Shown here: piece by piece, positions 28,906-38,845 of the stretch | Layout: each line of letters starts with the position of its first letter | How positions within the stretch are numbered: the first letter of the stretch is position 1 | Source of the DNA: Acidimicrobiia bacterium | GTDB taxonomy: Bacteria; Actinomycetota; Acidimicrobiia; Spongiisociales; UBA5794 | Reading direction: 5' to 3' | Length of the DNA: 64,000 nt | NCBI GenBank assembly: GCA_041393965.1 | Contig: JAWKJB010000003.1 | Coordinates: 261,676 to 325,675, forward strand | Made by a program: the position numbers and the translations under genes | Notes under the pieces: model-generated | Seen by the model: only the letters and a program-made list of their open reading frames with translations | The model's database searches: none | What the model was told of the DNA's origin: nothing

Positions 28906-30314
28906 GGGGTATTGCGCTGCTGGCGCTCGCCGTGATCATCGGTGTGGTGGGGATCGTCCAGACGGGTCCGACCGCGGCGCCACCACCCGACTTCGGCTCG
29001 ACCGACACGACCGATGGGGACGGTGCGGCCGCAAGTCCGAGCGTGTGGTACTGCCCGTGGGTTGAAGCCGGTGATGTCGCCGATACCGATGTCGTGGTCG
29101 CATCCGATCCGTCGGCCGATGTTTCGCTGACCCTGCTCGACCCGATCTCGAACACCGAACCGACCGTCTTCGATTTCGACATCGTGGGTCCCGGTGCCAC
29201 GGCAATCGATGTCGGAGGAGTCGTACGGCGGGGCGAGTCCCCTGCCACCGTCGAGGTGTCGGACGGGCCCGCCGCCGTCGCGACGCTCCAACACGCAGAC
29301 GGATTTCTTGCAGGCGATCGTTGTGCCGTTTCGGTGCCAAAGGTGTGGTACCTCACGGGCGGTTCCACCAAGACCGGCACCTACACCGAGATCCGCCTTT
29401 TCAACCCATTCGCCGACAACGCCGAAGTCACCGTGACGGCCTACTCGGAGTTCAACCTCGACCTCGTCGCCGACCTCGAATCGATCGATGTCGCGGGCCG
29501 ATCGTGGACGACGATCGATCTCGAGCCGTTCCTTCCGTTCCGTGACGAACTTGCGTTCACGGTCGAGACCGCGAGTGGGCTCGTGATACCCGCCCTCATC
29601 CGCTCGGACGATCGGGGAGTAGCCATGTGGCCAGGGGCCGCCCCGTCCCAGACATGGGACTTCCCAATCGTGACACCCGGTCGGCTCGAGCCGTTCCTCG
29701 CGGTGATGTCCGCAGGTGACGATGAGGTCACCGTCACCGTTGATGTCATCACCGAGAACGGGCCCATCGTTGCCGCACGGGAGATCGTCATCGACGGATC
29801 CGCTCCCGCGCTGATCCCGCTGTCGGATATCGCCGCGCCGCCATACGGGGCTCGAGTCCGTGCGTCGAGCCCCATCGCGGCCTCCGTCGTTGCCACCGTG
29901 CCGGTTCCGGATGAGGACGATGCGGGTGAACCCGGTGATGGTCAGGGCACCTCCCAACCCTCGGACGAGACGGCGACAACCGAGTTCATCAGGGGACTTG
30001 CAGGCATGGTCGGGCTTCGGGAGTCATCGACGACCTGGATGGTGCCGCTCGACACGCTGCTCGACGCCTCCACCATCGTTTGGGTGATGAACCCGGCCGA
30101 CACACCAACCACGGCCACCCTTCTCCCGTTGTCCGACACCGACGGTGACCCTGCCGTTGTGACCATCCCCGCGGGTTCAACGATTGGGATCGAGGTCGAT
30201 GTCGGGATCGGCATCTCCGGCTACTCGGTGCGGGCCGACTCACCGGTCACCGTTGCATGGGAGATCAGCGGGGAGCGGGGGGTCGCCCTCACCGCCGGTA
30301 TCGCTGGCCTATGA
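28902..30314 (+). CDS. DUF5719-like secreted/anchored protein
   Basis: ATGA overlap with the GT stop, N-terminal hydrophobic segment, WYCP motif, LFNPF-A-V. Confidence 0.7.
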   Translation: MRGIALLALAVIIGVVGIVQTGPTAAPPPDFGSTDTTDGDGAAASPSVWYCPWVEAGDVADTDVVVASDPSADVSLTLLDPISNTEPTVFDFDIVGPGATAIDVGGVVRRGESPATVEVSDGPAAVATLQHADGFLAGDRCAVSVPKVWYLTGGSTKTGTYTEIRLFNPFADNAEVTVTAYSEFNLDLVADLESIDVAGRSWTTIDLEPFLPFRDELAFTVETASGLVIPALIRSDDRGVAMWPGAAPSQTWDFPIVTPGRLEPFLAVMSAGDDEVTVTVDVITENGPIVAAREIVIDGSAPALIPLSDIAAPPYGARVRASSPIAASVVATVPVPDEDDAGEPGDGQGTSQPSDETATTEFIRGLAGMVGLRESSTTWMVPLDTLLDASTIVWVMNPADTPTTATLLPLSDTDGDPAVVTIPAGSTIGIEVDVGIGISGYSVRADSPVTVAWEISGERGVALTAGIAGL

Positions 30315-30691
30315 GCGACCCATTGGCAAGGATCTTGGTCGTGGCCGCGATCATCGCCGCTGCATTGGTGATCGCCCATCTCGCCAACCGGTTGCGCAAG
30401 CCGTTGCATCCGGCGGTCGTCGTCGGCGATCTCGGGGATCGGCCCGGGGTCGTGCTGTTCACCTCAACGGACTGCCGGACCTGCAAGGAAGCGATCGCTT
30501 CGCTCAAGGACGCCGGACTCCGATATCGGGAAGTCACCTACGACCTCGAACCGTCGCGCTTCGACGAGTGGCGTGTCGTTGCGGTTCCGCTGACCGTGTT
30601 CATCGATGCCGAATCGGACCCGGTTGCGGTCCTCACGGGGGTTCCGACCCGGCGAGCGCTTTCGAGGGCGCGCGCCAAAGCGGGGCTGTGA
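30311..30691 (+). CDS. Membrane-anchored thioredoxin/glutaredoxin-fold protein
   Basis: N-terminal TM, VVLFTS-CRTC, V-AVP cis-Pro loop. ATGA overlap. Confidence 0.8.
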   Translation: MSDPLARILVVAAIIAAALVIAHLANRLRKPLHPAVVVGDLGDRPGVVLFTSTDCRTCKEAIASLKDAGLRYREVTYDLEPSRFDEWRVVAVPLTVFIDAESDPVAVLTGVPTRRALSRARAKAGL

Positions 30692-30795
30692 CCGGGTGGT
30701 GAGGTCCTTGGAGTGCGGACACCCGAGCTCTACCTTGCCAACCCCATGATCACGAAATTGCAGGCCTGTGTGCGCTTGGTTCGGAGCGTTGGCTG

Positions 30796-31086
30796 ATGGC
30801 CATCGACCGGGATGTCATCGACGCCGTCCGCGAGATGGACGAACCCGAACTCCGACGCCTACTGATGCTCACGAGGGCGAGACTGGAGTCACAGGGCCAC
30901 TCCTTTCCGGCAACAGGACCCGATGTCAGGGTCCGCAGCCAGATGGTGCGCTGCGGAAAGGACTCGTGCACGACCTGCCCCCACGGGCCGTACTACTACG
31001 CGTACTGGACCGAAGACGGGAAGCGGCGATCCAAGTATCTCGGGAGAAGCGTCGACATTCCCGAGATGTCGGAATCCTCGGATTAG
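30796..31086 (+). CDS. Small Cys-rich protein, DUF6788-like C-terminus
   Basis: RCGKDSCTTCPHGPYYYAYW-GKRRSKYLG. GC3-rich codons. Confidence 0.7.
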   Translation: MAIDRDVIDAVREMDEPELRRLLMLTRARLESQGHSFPATGPDVRVRSQMVRCGKDSCTTCPHGPYYYAYWTEDGKRRSKYLGRSVDIPEMSESSD

Positions 31087-31147
31087 AGGAGTCAGACTGG
31101 CATACTTGCCCCGTCGTTGGGCGACGGCGCAGATGCATGGAGGGCAT

Positions 31148-31339
31148 GTGGACAACGCACCCGGTAGTGGCTTGACCTGCACATCGTGCGGCTCGAATTC
31201 CGTGATCCAGATCGAGATGTCGCTTCCGGACGGAACCGAAGTCCTGTTCTGCTCCTGCCACATCTGCGAGGCTCGCTGGTGGGATCGCGATGGCGAAACG
31301 GTGGATGTCAGTGGGATCATCGGCCGAGTCGGGGACTGA
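31148..31339 (+). CDS. Small zinc-ribbon protein
   Basis: GGAGG RBS before a GTG. CTSC-CSCHIC-RWW. Confidence 0.7.
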   Translation: MDNAPGSGLTCTSCGSNSVIQIEMSLPDGTEVLFCSCHICEARWWDRDGETVDVSGIIGRVGD

Positions 31340-31394
31340 ACCGGACCCGTACGCTTCGCGGCCGGTGTCGGAATGCCCCGCCTAACCTGCCACC

Positions 31395-33674
31395 GTGACC
31401 GTTGACGCACCCCCTTCCCCTCCGATTGTCGTCGAGGATTCGGTCGAACCGCCATCGAGCAAGCGGGCGGTTCCGAAATGGTTCGTGGTTGCCGGCATCG
31501 CAGCCCCGACCGCGCTCATCCTCCTCACGATGTCTGGCATGCTCGGACCGTTTGGCCAAGGGACGAGTTCGCTCCTTCGGGTGCCATACCTCCTCGTCGC
31601 GAATACCCCGACCGGCGGTGATATGGGTGCCCATGTGCTCCTCCCGAAGGTCCTGCTCGAAGATGTGCTGCCATCGGGGCGAATTCTCGGATGGAGCATG
31701 GACTGGTACGCGGGCTTTCCGGCCCTGTACTTCTACTTTCCTCTCCCGGCGCTGACCACCGTCCTGCTGGACCTCATCTTGCCGTACGGCGTCGCATTCA
31801 AAGTCGTCACCATCGCTGGTCTCGTCGCTCTCCCCACCTGTGCGTACTTCTTCGTGAAGATGCAGGGCTTCACGCGATACATCGCGGTGATCGGAGGCGT
31901 GGCCGGGTCGCTCTTTGTCTTCATGGAGAGCTACTCGATCTTTGGGGCGAACATCAAGTCGACGCTTGCAGGCGAGTTCTCGTTCTCGTGGTCGTTCGCC
32001 CTTTCGATCCTGTTCGTCGGGATGGCCGTACGAAACTACCGGAGGGGGACCGTCTTCGATCCGTGGGCAGGCGTCGTCCTCGGACTCACGGCGCTATCGC
32101 ATGTGATCACCACCATCGTCGTCGTGTTTGCGACCATCCCGATGCTCGCCGGACCTCTTGCCGCGCTGATCACCAACCGCGACCGGGTCCGCGCTACAGC
32201 AAGGGGAGCCGTTGGGCTTGCAATGAGCTATGCGGTCGGCTTCGGGCTCTCGGCATTCTGGAGCCTCGCGCTCGGTGTCAGGGTCTTCGGCGGGATGACA
32301 TCAGACATGGGATGGGCTCCTGTCGAGAATGTGGTCGGAGACACAAGCCCCGGGTCGCCGATTCCGGGCGAGTTCGTTCCGATCCTCGTCATCGGTGTGA
32401 TCGGCATGCTGTGGACCGTCTTTCGCCGCGACGGTGTCGGCACGATGGTCTGGCTCACGATCGGCCCGTTGCTCGGATACTTCGCCATCGCCGAGCTGCA
32501 TCTCACGGTCCTGTACAACGCCCGCCTTCTCCCGTACTGGTACTTCGGTATGTTCGTCTTCGCCGGGATCGCGATTGCCCTGACCGGCGCCAGCGTTGCG
32601 AGACGGTTCTCGGATCGCCGAAAGGCAGCCCTCGTCATGGGAGGGCTTGCAATTGTCCTGATGGTCGGGGCGGCGGGGGCATCGATGCATGACCTCCCGG
32701 GGTGGGTGAAGTGGAACTACGAGGGGTACGAGGGGAAGACCGACTGGCCGGAGTACGAGGCGTTGATGCAGACCGTCGATGGGCTCGACGATGGTCGCAT
32801 CATGTGGGAGGCGAACTCGGACATGAACCGCTACGGGACGCCGATGGCGCTGATGCTTCTCGGCTACTGGTCCGACGGCCATCCGTCGATGGAGGGCCTG
32901 TTCTTCGAGAGCTCCCTCACCACTCCATTCCACTTCCTGAACGCGGCTGAGGTCAGCGAACGCCCGTCGAATCCCGTGAGAGGTTTGCGGTACCACCACC
33001 TCGACCGACCCCTCGATCCGCAGAATCCCGAGCCTTTCGGCTTCGATCGGGCGGTGCCCCACCTCGGGTTGTACGATGTCGCCTACTACATCTCGTTCAC
33101 CGAGGCGGGTCATGACGCTGCGGTCGCGTATGGCCTCCCGATCATCGCCGAGTCCCCGCCGTGGACCATCTTCGAGTTGCCGGAGACGGATCTCGTTGAG
33201 ATCGCACGATATGAACCGGTCGTGTGGGCAGGCGAGGGCGACTTCGTCGATGCTGCCCTCGAGTGGTACGACGATGTCGAGAACCTCGATGTGTGGCTTG
33301 TTGCCGACGGGCCACCCCAGTGGCGCCGCGTCACCACCGTGGATGAGCGCTTGACGGCCCTCAAGCCGTACGCGGTGGATGGATCGGTGGATGTCACGAC
33401 CTTCGACGATCACTCGATCGGCTTTTCGACGGATGCCGTTGGTGTCCCGCACATGGTGAAGGTGTCGTATTTCCCGAATTGGAGCGTCGAGGGTGCCGAC
33501 GCCGTCTACCGCGTCGCTCCATCGACGATGCTCGTCGTTCCCACACAGGAGGATGTCAGCCTTCAGTTCGCGAACACTTGGGTCGAAAACATCGGCATGG
33601 CGCTCACCGTTGTCACGGTCGCCGGACTGATCGTGTTTGCCGTTGTTCGCAGACGGAAGAAGAGAGCATCGTGA
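31395..33674 (+). CDS. Multi-TM protein of the PTPS-related/YfhO-like (GT-C-like) family
   Basis: GGDMGAH, W-WYAGFP-YFP, about 12 TM segments, a large extracytoplasmic domain, KVSYFPNW, and a C-terminal TM. Confidence 0.75.
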   Translation: MTVDAPPSPPIVVEDSVEPPSSKRAVPKWFVVAGIAAPTALILLTMSGMLGPFGQGTSSLLRVPYLLVANTPTGGDMGAHVLLPKVLLEDVLPSGRILGWSMDWYAGFPALYFYFPLPALTTVLLDLILPYGVAFKVVTIAGLVALPTCAYFFVKMQGFTRYIAVIGGVAGSLFVFMESYSIFGANIKSTLAGEFSFSWSFALSILFVGMAVRNYRRGTVFDPWAGVVLGLTALSHVITTIVVVFATIPMLAGPLAALITNRDRVRATARGAVGLAMSYAVGFGLSAFWSLALGVRVFGGMTSDMGWAPVENVVGDTSPGSPIPGEFVPILVIGVIGMLWTVFRRDGVGTMVWLTIGPLLGYFAIAELHLTVLYNARLLPYWYFGMFVFAGIAIALTGASVARRFSDRRKAALVMGGLAIVLMVGAAGASMHDLPGWVKWNYEGYEGKTDWPEYEALMQTVDGLDDGRIMWEANSDMNRYGTPMALMLLGYWSDGHPSMEGLFFESSLTTPFHFLNAAEVSERPSNPVRGLRYHHLDRPLDPQNPEPFGFDRAVPHLGLYDVAYYISFTEAGHDAAVAYGLPIIAESPPWTIFELPETDLVEIARYEPVVWAGEGDFVDAALEWYDDVENLDVWLVADGPPQWRRVTTVDERLTALKPYAVDGSVDVTTFDDHSIGFSTDAVGVPHMVKVSYFPNWSVEGADAVYRVAPSTMLVVPTQEDVSLQFANTWVENIGMALTVVTVAGLIVFAVVRRRKKRAS

Positions 33675-34156
33675 AGCAGTACCTGGGCTCGTTCGCCAAT
33701 CGCGAGTCGTTCGTGCAAGCCGTCAAAATCGGTCTCGTCGGTGTGTTCAACACGGTTGTGTCGCTCGGGCTTTTCAATGTGTTCCTCGTCGTCGGCCTCG
33801 GATGGTTCCCCGCCTTTTCGCTCGCGTTCGCCATCACAACCTTCCTTTCGTACCTCATCAACCGCCGCTGGACCTTCGCGCTCAAGGACGGCAAGGTCTC
33901 GGGGCACGAGACGGCGAAGTTCTTCGGTATCAATATCGCTGCCTACCTGGCGTCGAGCCTCATCGTGTGGGTGGCCGATTCGCTCTTCGGTCCGCTCTCG
34001 ACGCTCGGCTACAACGCCGCGCTGATCTTCGCTGCCGTCGTACTGATCCTTCCGAAGCTCGCCAGCTATCGCGATGTGGTGTTTTCGCACGCCCTGAGCG
34101 CACCAGCCGCGCCGAGCCCCGATGTACGGTCCGAGAGCCAGCCGATCGGGGATTGA
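33671..34156 (+). CDS. GtrA family (lipid-linked sugar flippase-like) protein
   Basis: Four TM, VGVFNTVV, SYLINRRWTF. GTGA overlap with the upstream stop. Confidence 0.88.
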   Translation: MKQYLGSFANRESFVQAVKIGLVGVFNTVVSLGLFNVFLVVGLGWFPAFSLAFAITTFLSYLINRRWTFALKDGKVSGHETAKFFGINIAAYLASSLIVWVADSLFGPLSTLGYNAALIFAAVVLILPKLASYRDVVFSHALSAPAAPSPDVRSESQPIGD

Positions 34157-34177
34157 TGCGTCGTCGGTTGTCGGCCG

Positions 34178-34903
34178 CTACCGGCCGACCGACCCATCAG
34201 ATCGCAGTGCCCGGCGAATCCGCCAGACGCCAACGAGGGTCCTCGGCACGCGTTTGAGCAGGCTCGACCCGGAATCGCGTTGTTCAACGACCGACGCGGG
34301 CAGTTCGAGGATCCGGTAACCGGCCCGCTCGGCGCGCACGACGAGTTCCGTGTCGAAGAGATCGACCGTCGAGATGACGCTCGGTGCGATCTGGGCAACG
34401 ACGGTCGACCGCACCAGCTTCATGCCATGGGTGTCGGACACACTCGAGCGCAGGACGAATCGAAGGATGAGATTGAAGGTCCATGTCGCCAACCGGCGAA
34501 GGGCGGTCCGTTGATCGTCTGAACCGGCTGCTCGCTTGGACGCAAGGACGATGTCGGCTCGATCGGCAAGCGCAAGGGCCTCGTTGAGGAACTCCCCCGA
34601 GAAGTAGTCGATGTCGAAGTTCACAACCCACTCGGTTTCTGCACGAAGGAAGCCGTCGCGCATCGCCGCGCCGTAGTCGGGATCCGGGAGTTGGAGCAAC
34701 TGGAGCTCCGGATGAGAGGCCATCGACTCCCGTACGAGATCGGCCGATGCGTCGGTGGAGCCGTTTTCGGCAATCACGATCGTCACCTCGGCATCGACCG
34801 CTTCCATCTCGGCCAGCAGCTGTGGTAGGGCAACCGGCAAGAATGCAGCTTCATTGTGGACGGGTATGACCACGGTGACCGACGGTTGGGGGGACGGGGA
34901 CAT
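34178..34903 (-). CDS. GT2 polyprenol-phosphate glycosyltransferase (DPM1-like)
   Basis: VVIPVHNE, ENGSTD, DIDY (DxD), ASKR, DTHGMKL, FDTELVVRA. Confidence 0.88.
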   Translation of the reverse strand: MSPSPQPSVTVVIPVHNEAAFLPVALPQLLAEMEAVDAEVTIVIAENGSTDASADLVRESMASHPELQLLQLPDPDYGAAMRDGFLRAETEWVVNFDIDYFSGEFLNEALALADRADIVLASKRAAGSDDQRTALRRLATWTFNLILRFVLRSSVSDTHGMKLVRSTVVAQIAPSVISTVDLFDTELVVRAERAGYRILELPASVVEQRDSGSSLLKRVPRTLVGVWRIRRALRSDGSVGR

Positions 34904-34965
34904 CGGGCGAGTGTAGGGATCGCGGTCCCGAACCAGCCGTCATCGCGGCCGTAGAATCGGCCGTC

Positions 34966-36303
34966 ATGGACCTGTCAAACATCGTCAAGGCATACGATGT
35001 GCGCGGTGTTGTGCCCACCGAGCTCGATGCCTCGATCACCCGACGCCTCGGCGCTGCGTTCGCTGCTTTCGCCGGAGGGGATCGGATCATCGTCGGCCAC
35101 GATTGCCGCGTGTCCTCCCCGGACCTTCGAGATGCCTTGATCGATGGGATCATCTCCCAGGGGGTCGATGTCCTTGCCATCGGGGAGGTGCCGACGGATC
35201 TGCTCTATTACGCATCGGGAACACGGGCACTTCCCGGGGTCGTGATCACCGCGAGCCACAACCCCGGCCAGTACAACGGCCTCAAGTTCTGCGGTCCCGG
35301 GGCAGCTCCCATCGGTCAGGACACCGGTCTCGCCGAGATCCGATCGCTGGCCGAGCGAGGGCTCGAACCTGCCGCAACTCGGGGAACCGTCGCCAGCGCC
35401 GACCTGCGTGACGGATACATCGACCATGTCACCGATGCCACCGGCGCGTCTGCCATCGGTCAGCTTCGGGTTGTGATCGATGGCGGCAACGGCATGGCAG
35501 GTGCAGTGCTGCCGCAAGTGTTCGCAAGGATCAACGCCGAGATGATTCCGCTGTACCTTGAGCCCGACGGGACCTTCCCGAATCATCCCGCCGACCCACT
35601 CCGGCCGGAGAACCTCGCGGACCTGGTCGACCTGGTGCAATCCGAAGCGGCGGACCTCGGGGTCGCGTTCGACGGCGACGCCGACCGGGCCTTCTTCATC
35701 GACGATCAGGCCGTTCCCATGCCGGGCAGCACGGCAACCGCCATGATCGCCGAGTGGTTCCTCGACAAGCATCCCGGGTCCCGGATCGTGCACAACCTCA
35801 TCTGCTCCAAGGCGGTTCCCGAGATCGTCCGCCGCTCGGGTGGCGAGCCGATCCGCACGAAGGTCGGACATTCATTCATCAAGCAGGTCATGGCCGAATC
35901 GAATGCGGTCTTCGGCGGCGAACACTCGGGGCACTACTACTTCAGGGACAACTTCCGCGCCGATTCGGGCATCATGGCAATGCTCGTTCTCCTGCGGGTG
36001 GTGTCCGACGCGGGACAGCCACTGTCGCGGCTGCGCGCACCGTACGAACCGTACGCACAGTCCGGTGAGATCAACTTCGAGGTGGATGATGTGACTGCGA
36101 CAACCGAAGCAGTGGCGGGAGCTTTTCCCGAGGCCGCAACGGACCGGCTCGACGGCCTGACGGTTGACTTCGGGGACCGGTGGTTCAATGTGCGACCATC
36201 GAACACCGAACCCGTGCTTCGACTGAATGTGGAAGCCCCGGATGCAGGGGCGGTCCGGACGCTCGTCCAACAGGTCGGAGCCATCATCGAGGAGGCAGGC
36301 TGA
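34966..36303 (+). CDS. manB: Phosphomannomutase/phosphoglucomutase
   Basis: KAYDVRG, TASHNP, FDGDADR, GGEHSGH, RPSNTEP. Confidence 0.95.
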   Translation: MDLSNIVKAYDVRGVVPTELDASITRRLGAAFAAFAGGDRIIVGHDCRVSSPDLRDALIDGIISQGVDVLAIGEVPTDLLYYASGTRALPGVVITASHNPGQYNGLKFCGPGAAPIGQDTGLAEIRSLAERGLEPAATRGTVASADLRDGYIDHVTDATGASAIGQLRVVIDGGNGMAGAVLPQVFARINAEMIPLYLEPDGTFPNHPADPLRPENLADLVDLVQSEAADLGVAFDGDADRAFFIDDQAVPMPGSTATAMIAEWFLDKHPGSRIVHNLICSKAVPEIVRRSGGEPIRTKVGHSFIKQVMAESNAVFGGEHSGHYYFRDNFRADSGIMAMLVLLRVVSDAGQPLSRLRAPYEPYAQSGEINFEVDDVTATTEAVAGAFPEAATDRLDGLTVDFGDRWFNVRPSNTEPVLRLNVEAPDAGAVRTLVQQVGAIIEEAG

Positions 36304-36491
36304 TGGATCACGAACCACTCATCGCCCCGCGGCTCCTTGCCATCATGCAATGCCCCGCGTGCACCGGTGCGCTTCACGAACGCCCTGAGCCCCCGGCGTT
36401 GGTGTGCGATGACTGTTCAATGGCGTACGCCGTCACCGACGGCGTGCCCAACATGATCGTCGCCGAGGCAGAGACCCCCTTGGGGGAGTAG
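36303..36491 (+). CDS. Trm112 family protein
   Basis: LLAIMQCPAC-LVC-C-YAVTDGVPNM. Follows manB as in other actinobacteria. Confidence 0.9.
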   Translation: MDHEPLIAPRLLAIMQCPACTGALHERPEPPALVCDDCSMAYAVTDGVPNMIVAEAETPLGE

Positions 36492-38839
36492 TGCCGAAGC
36501 CAACAGGACTCACCTCGTCCCAGGTTGCCGATCGCCGGGCCAAAGGGCAGGTCAACACCACCGAACACCGGACCTCGCGAACGGTCGCCGCCATTGTGCG
36601 AGCCAATGTGCTCACCCGCTTCAACGCGATCATCTCGGGGCTGTTGGTTGTCATCCTCATCTACGGTGAGCCACCCGACGCCCTCTTCGGTCTCGTCATG
36701 GTCGTGAATTCGGGAATCGGCATCGTGCAGGAGATCCGTGCAAAACGCACGCTCGACTCCCTACGGCACCGCATCGCGCCAACGGCAACCGTCATCCGTG
36801 ACGGAACCGAGATGACGATCCCTGCCACCGAGATCGTTCTCGGGGAGCTGGTCGCTGTCCGTACCGGGGATGCCGTGCCCGTCGATGGCCGGATCGTGCA
36901 GTCGGACGGACTCGAGATCGACGAGTCGTCCCTGACAGGGGAATCCGATCCGGTCGCGAAGAGCGTTGACGATGAGGTTCGGTCATCGAGTGCCGTCGTG
37001 GCCGGCTCCGGTCTCGTCACGGCGACCGCAGTCGGCGCCGATGCGTGGGCGCACCAACTCACGAGCAAGGCCCGCGAGTTCTCACTCACCGAATCGGGGC
37101 TCCGCAAGGACATCGACCGGCTCCTCGGATGGATTATGTGGGTGATCGTCCCTGTCGGTGTCCTGTTGTTCGCAACGCAGATGTCGAACGCACCAGATGT
37201 GGCGTCGGGTCTCGTGAGCACCGTGTCCGGGATGGTTGCGATGATCCCACAAGGACTCGTGCTCTTGGTGTCGTTGTCGTTTGCGGTCGCGGCGTTGCGC
37301 CTCTCCGAACGCAATGTCGTCGTTCAGGAGCTCGCCGCAGTCGAAGGGCTCGCACGCGTCGATGTGGTGTGCCTCGACAAGACCGGCACGCTCACGACCG
37401 GCACGCTTGAGGTTGAGTCGATCTCCTGCCTCGGCGATGAACAGACCGTGCTGGCAGGGCTCGCGGTGCTTGCGAAGTCCGATCGCAACCCCACCGCCAC
37501 ACTTGCGGTGGTGGCAAGGACGCTCCCCGCCGCCGAGTCGTGGGTTTCGACGGCGACCGTGCCCTTCTCATCTGCGAGGAAATGGAGCGCCGCATCCTTC
37601 GACGGATTCGGGACATGGGTGGTCGGTGCTCCTGAGGTCCTCCTCGACGCCATGGAAGCAAGTCCGACCGTCGAGGCGCTGCGGGAACAGGTCGCCTCGT
37701 TGGCGAAGCGGGGTCGACGCCTGCTCTTGGTCGGTCGCACCGAGGTAGATCTCGACGATCGTGTCGTGCTCCCCTCCCATCTCACACCGGCTGCCATCGT
37801 GGTGATTCGAGAGGAGTTGCGCCCAGATGCCGCCGAGACCCTTCGCTATCTGCGGTCCCAAGGCGTCGCCGTCAAGGTGATCTCCGGCGACCATCCCCAG
37901 ACCGTGTCGGCGGTCGCGACGGAGCTCGGACTCCCTGATGCCGATCGAGCCGTTGACATGCGACGCGAATCCGATCTCACGGCGATCGCTCCCGATGTTG
38001 TGGTGTTCGGTCGGGTCCTCCCCGAGCAAAAACGAGGGCTGCTCGCGCAGCTCCAGGAGCGAGGCCACACGGTTGCCATGACGGGGGACGGTGTCAACGA
38101 TGTCCTCGCGCTCAAGCAGGCAGATATCGGGATCGCCATGGACACGGCAAGCTCGGCGACGAAGGCCGTCTCCCAGTTTGTGCTGCTCGACGGTCGATAC
38201 GATCGTCTCCCCACGATCGTCGGCGAGGGCCGTCGCGTCATCGCGAACATGGAGCGCGCATCGGCGTTGTTCCTCACCAAGACCGTCTATGCCGTGCTGC
38301 TCGCGGTGTGGGTCAGCCTTGCCGGGATCGCGTTTCCGTTCCTGCCCCGACATCTCACCTTGGTCGGAGCGCTCACGATCGGCATCCCCGCTTTCGTGCT
38401 GAGCTTCTGGCCGTCGAACCGTCCAGCAAGGCCCGGCTATCTCGAAAGGACGCTCCATTTCGCCATCCCTGCGGGACTCACCGCCGCCATCATGACTTTC
38501 GCGGTGTACGCGACCGTCCACACCTGGGTCGGCGCGTCCGTGGAGGAGGCCCAGACCGCTGCGACGCTGACCCTCGCGCTCGTGGGCTTCTGGATCCTGT
38601 ATCGACTCATCCGGCCACTCGGCCGTGGTGAAACCGTTCTTATCACGATGCTGATGGCTGGCCTCGTGGCGGCGTTCCTCTTGCCGCCATCTGCTGAGTT
38701 CTTCGCGCTCGAGTTCCCGTCAACGGCGGTAGCTCTTTCCGTGACCGCTGCCACCATCGTCAACATCGTGGCCCTTGAGCTGATTGTGGCGCTCGCGGAG
38801 CGGCACGGTGAGCACATCCGCTGGCTCACAGCACGATGA
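36491..38839 (+). CDS. Cation-translocating P-type ATPase (CtpE-like)
   Basis: DESSLTGES, DKTGT, FSSARKWS, TGDGVND. M4 reads IPQGL. Confidence 0.92.
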   Translation: MPKPTGLTSSQVADRRAKGQVNTTEHRTSRTVAAIVRANVLTRFNAIISGLLVVILIYGEPPDALFGLVMVVNSGIGIVQEIRAKRTLDSLRHRIAPTATVIRDGTEMTIPATEIVLGELVAVRTGDAVPVDGRIVQSDGLEIDESSLTGESDPVAKSVDDEVRSSSAVVAGSGLVTATAVGADAWAHQLTSKAREFSLTESGLRKDIDRLLGWIMWVIVPVGVLLFATQMSNAPDVASGLVSTVSGMVAMIPQGLVLLVSLSFAVAALRLSERNVVVQELAAVEGLARVDVVCLDKTGTLTTGTLEVESISCLGDEQTVLAGLAVLAKSDRNPTATLAVVARTLPAAESWVSTATVPFSSARKWSAASFDGFGTWVVGAPEVLLDAMEASPTVEALREQVASLAKRGRRLLLVGRTEVDLDDRVVLPSHLTPAAIVVIREELRPDAAETLRYLRSQGVAVKVISGDHPQTVSAVATELGLPDADRAVDMRRESDLTAIAPDVVVFGRVLPEQKRGLLAQLQERGHTVAMTGDGVNDVLALKQADIGIAMDTASSATKAVSQFVLLDGRYDRLPTIVGEGRRVIANMERASALFLTKTVYAVLLAVWVSLAGIAFPFLPRHLTLVGALTIGIPAFVLSFWPSNRPARPGYLERTLHFAIPAGLTAAIMTFAVYATVHTWVGASVEEAQTAATLTLALVGFWILYRLIRPLGRGETVLITMLMAGLVAAFLLPPSAEFFALEFPSTAVALSVTAATIVNIVALELIVALAERHGEHIRWLTAR

Positions 38840-38845
38840 CTCGCC

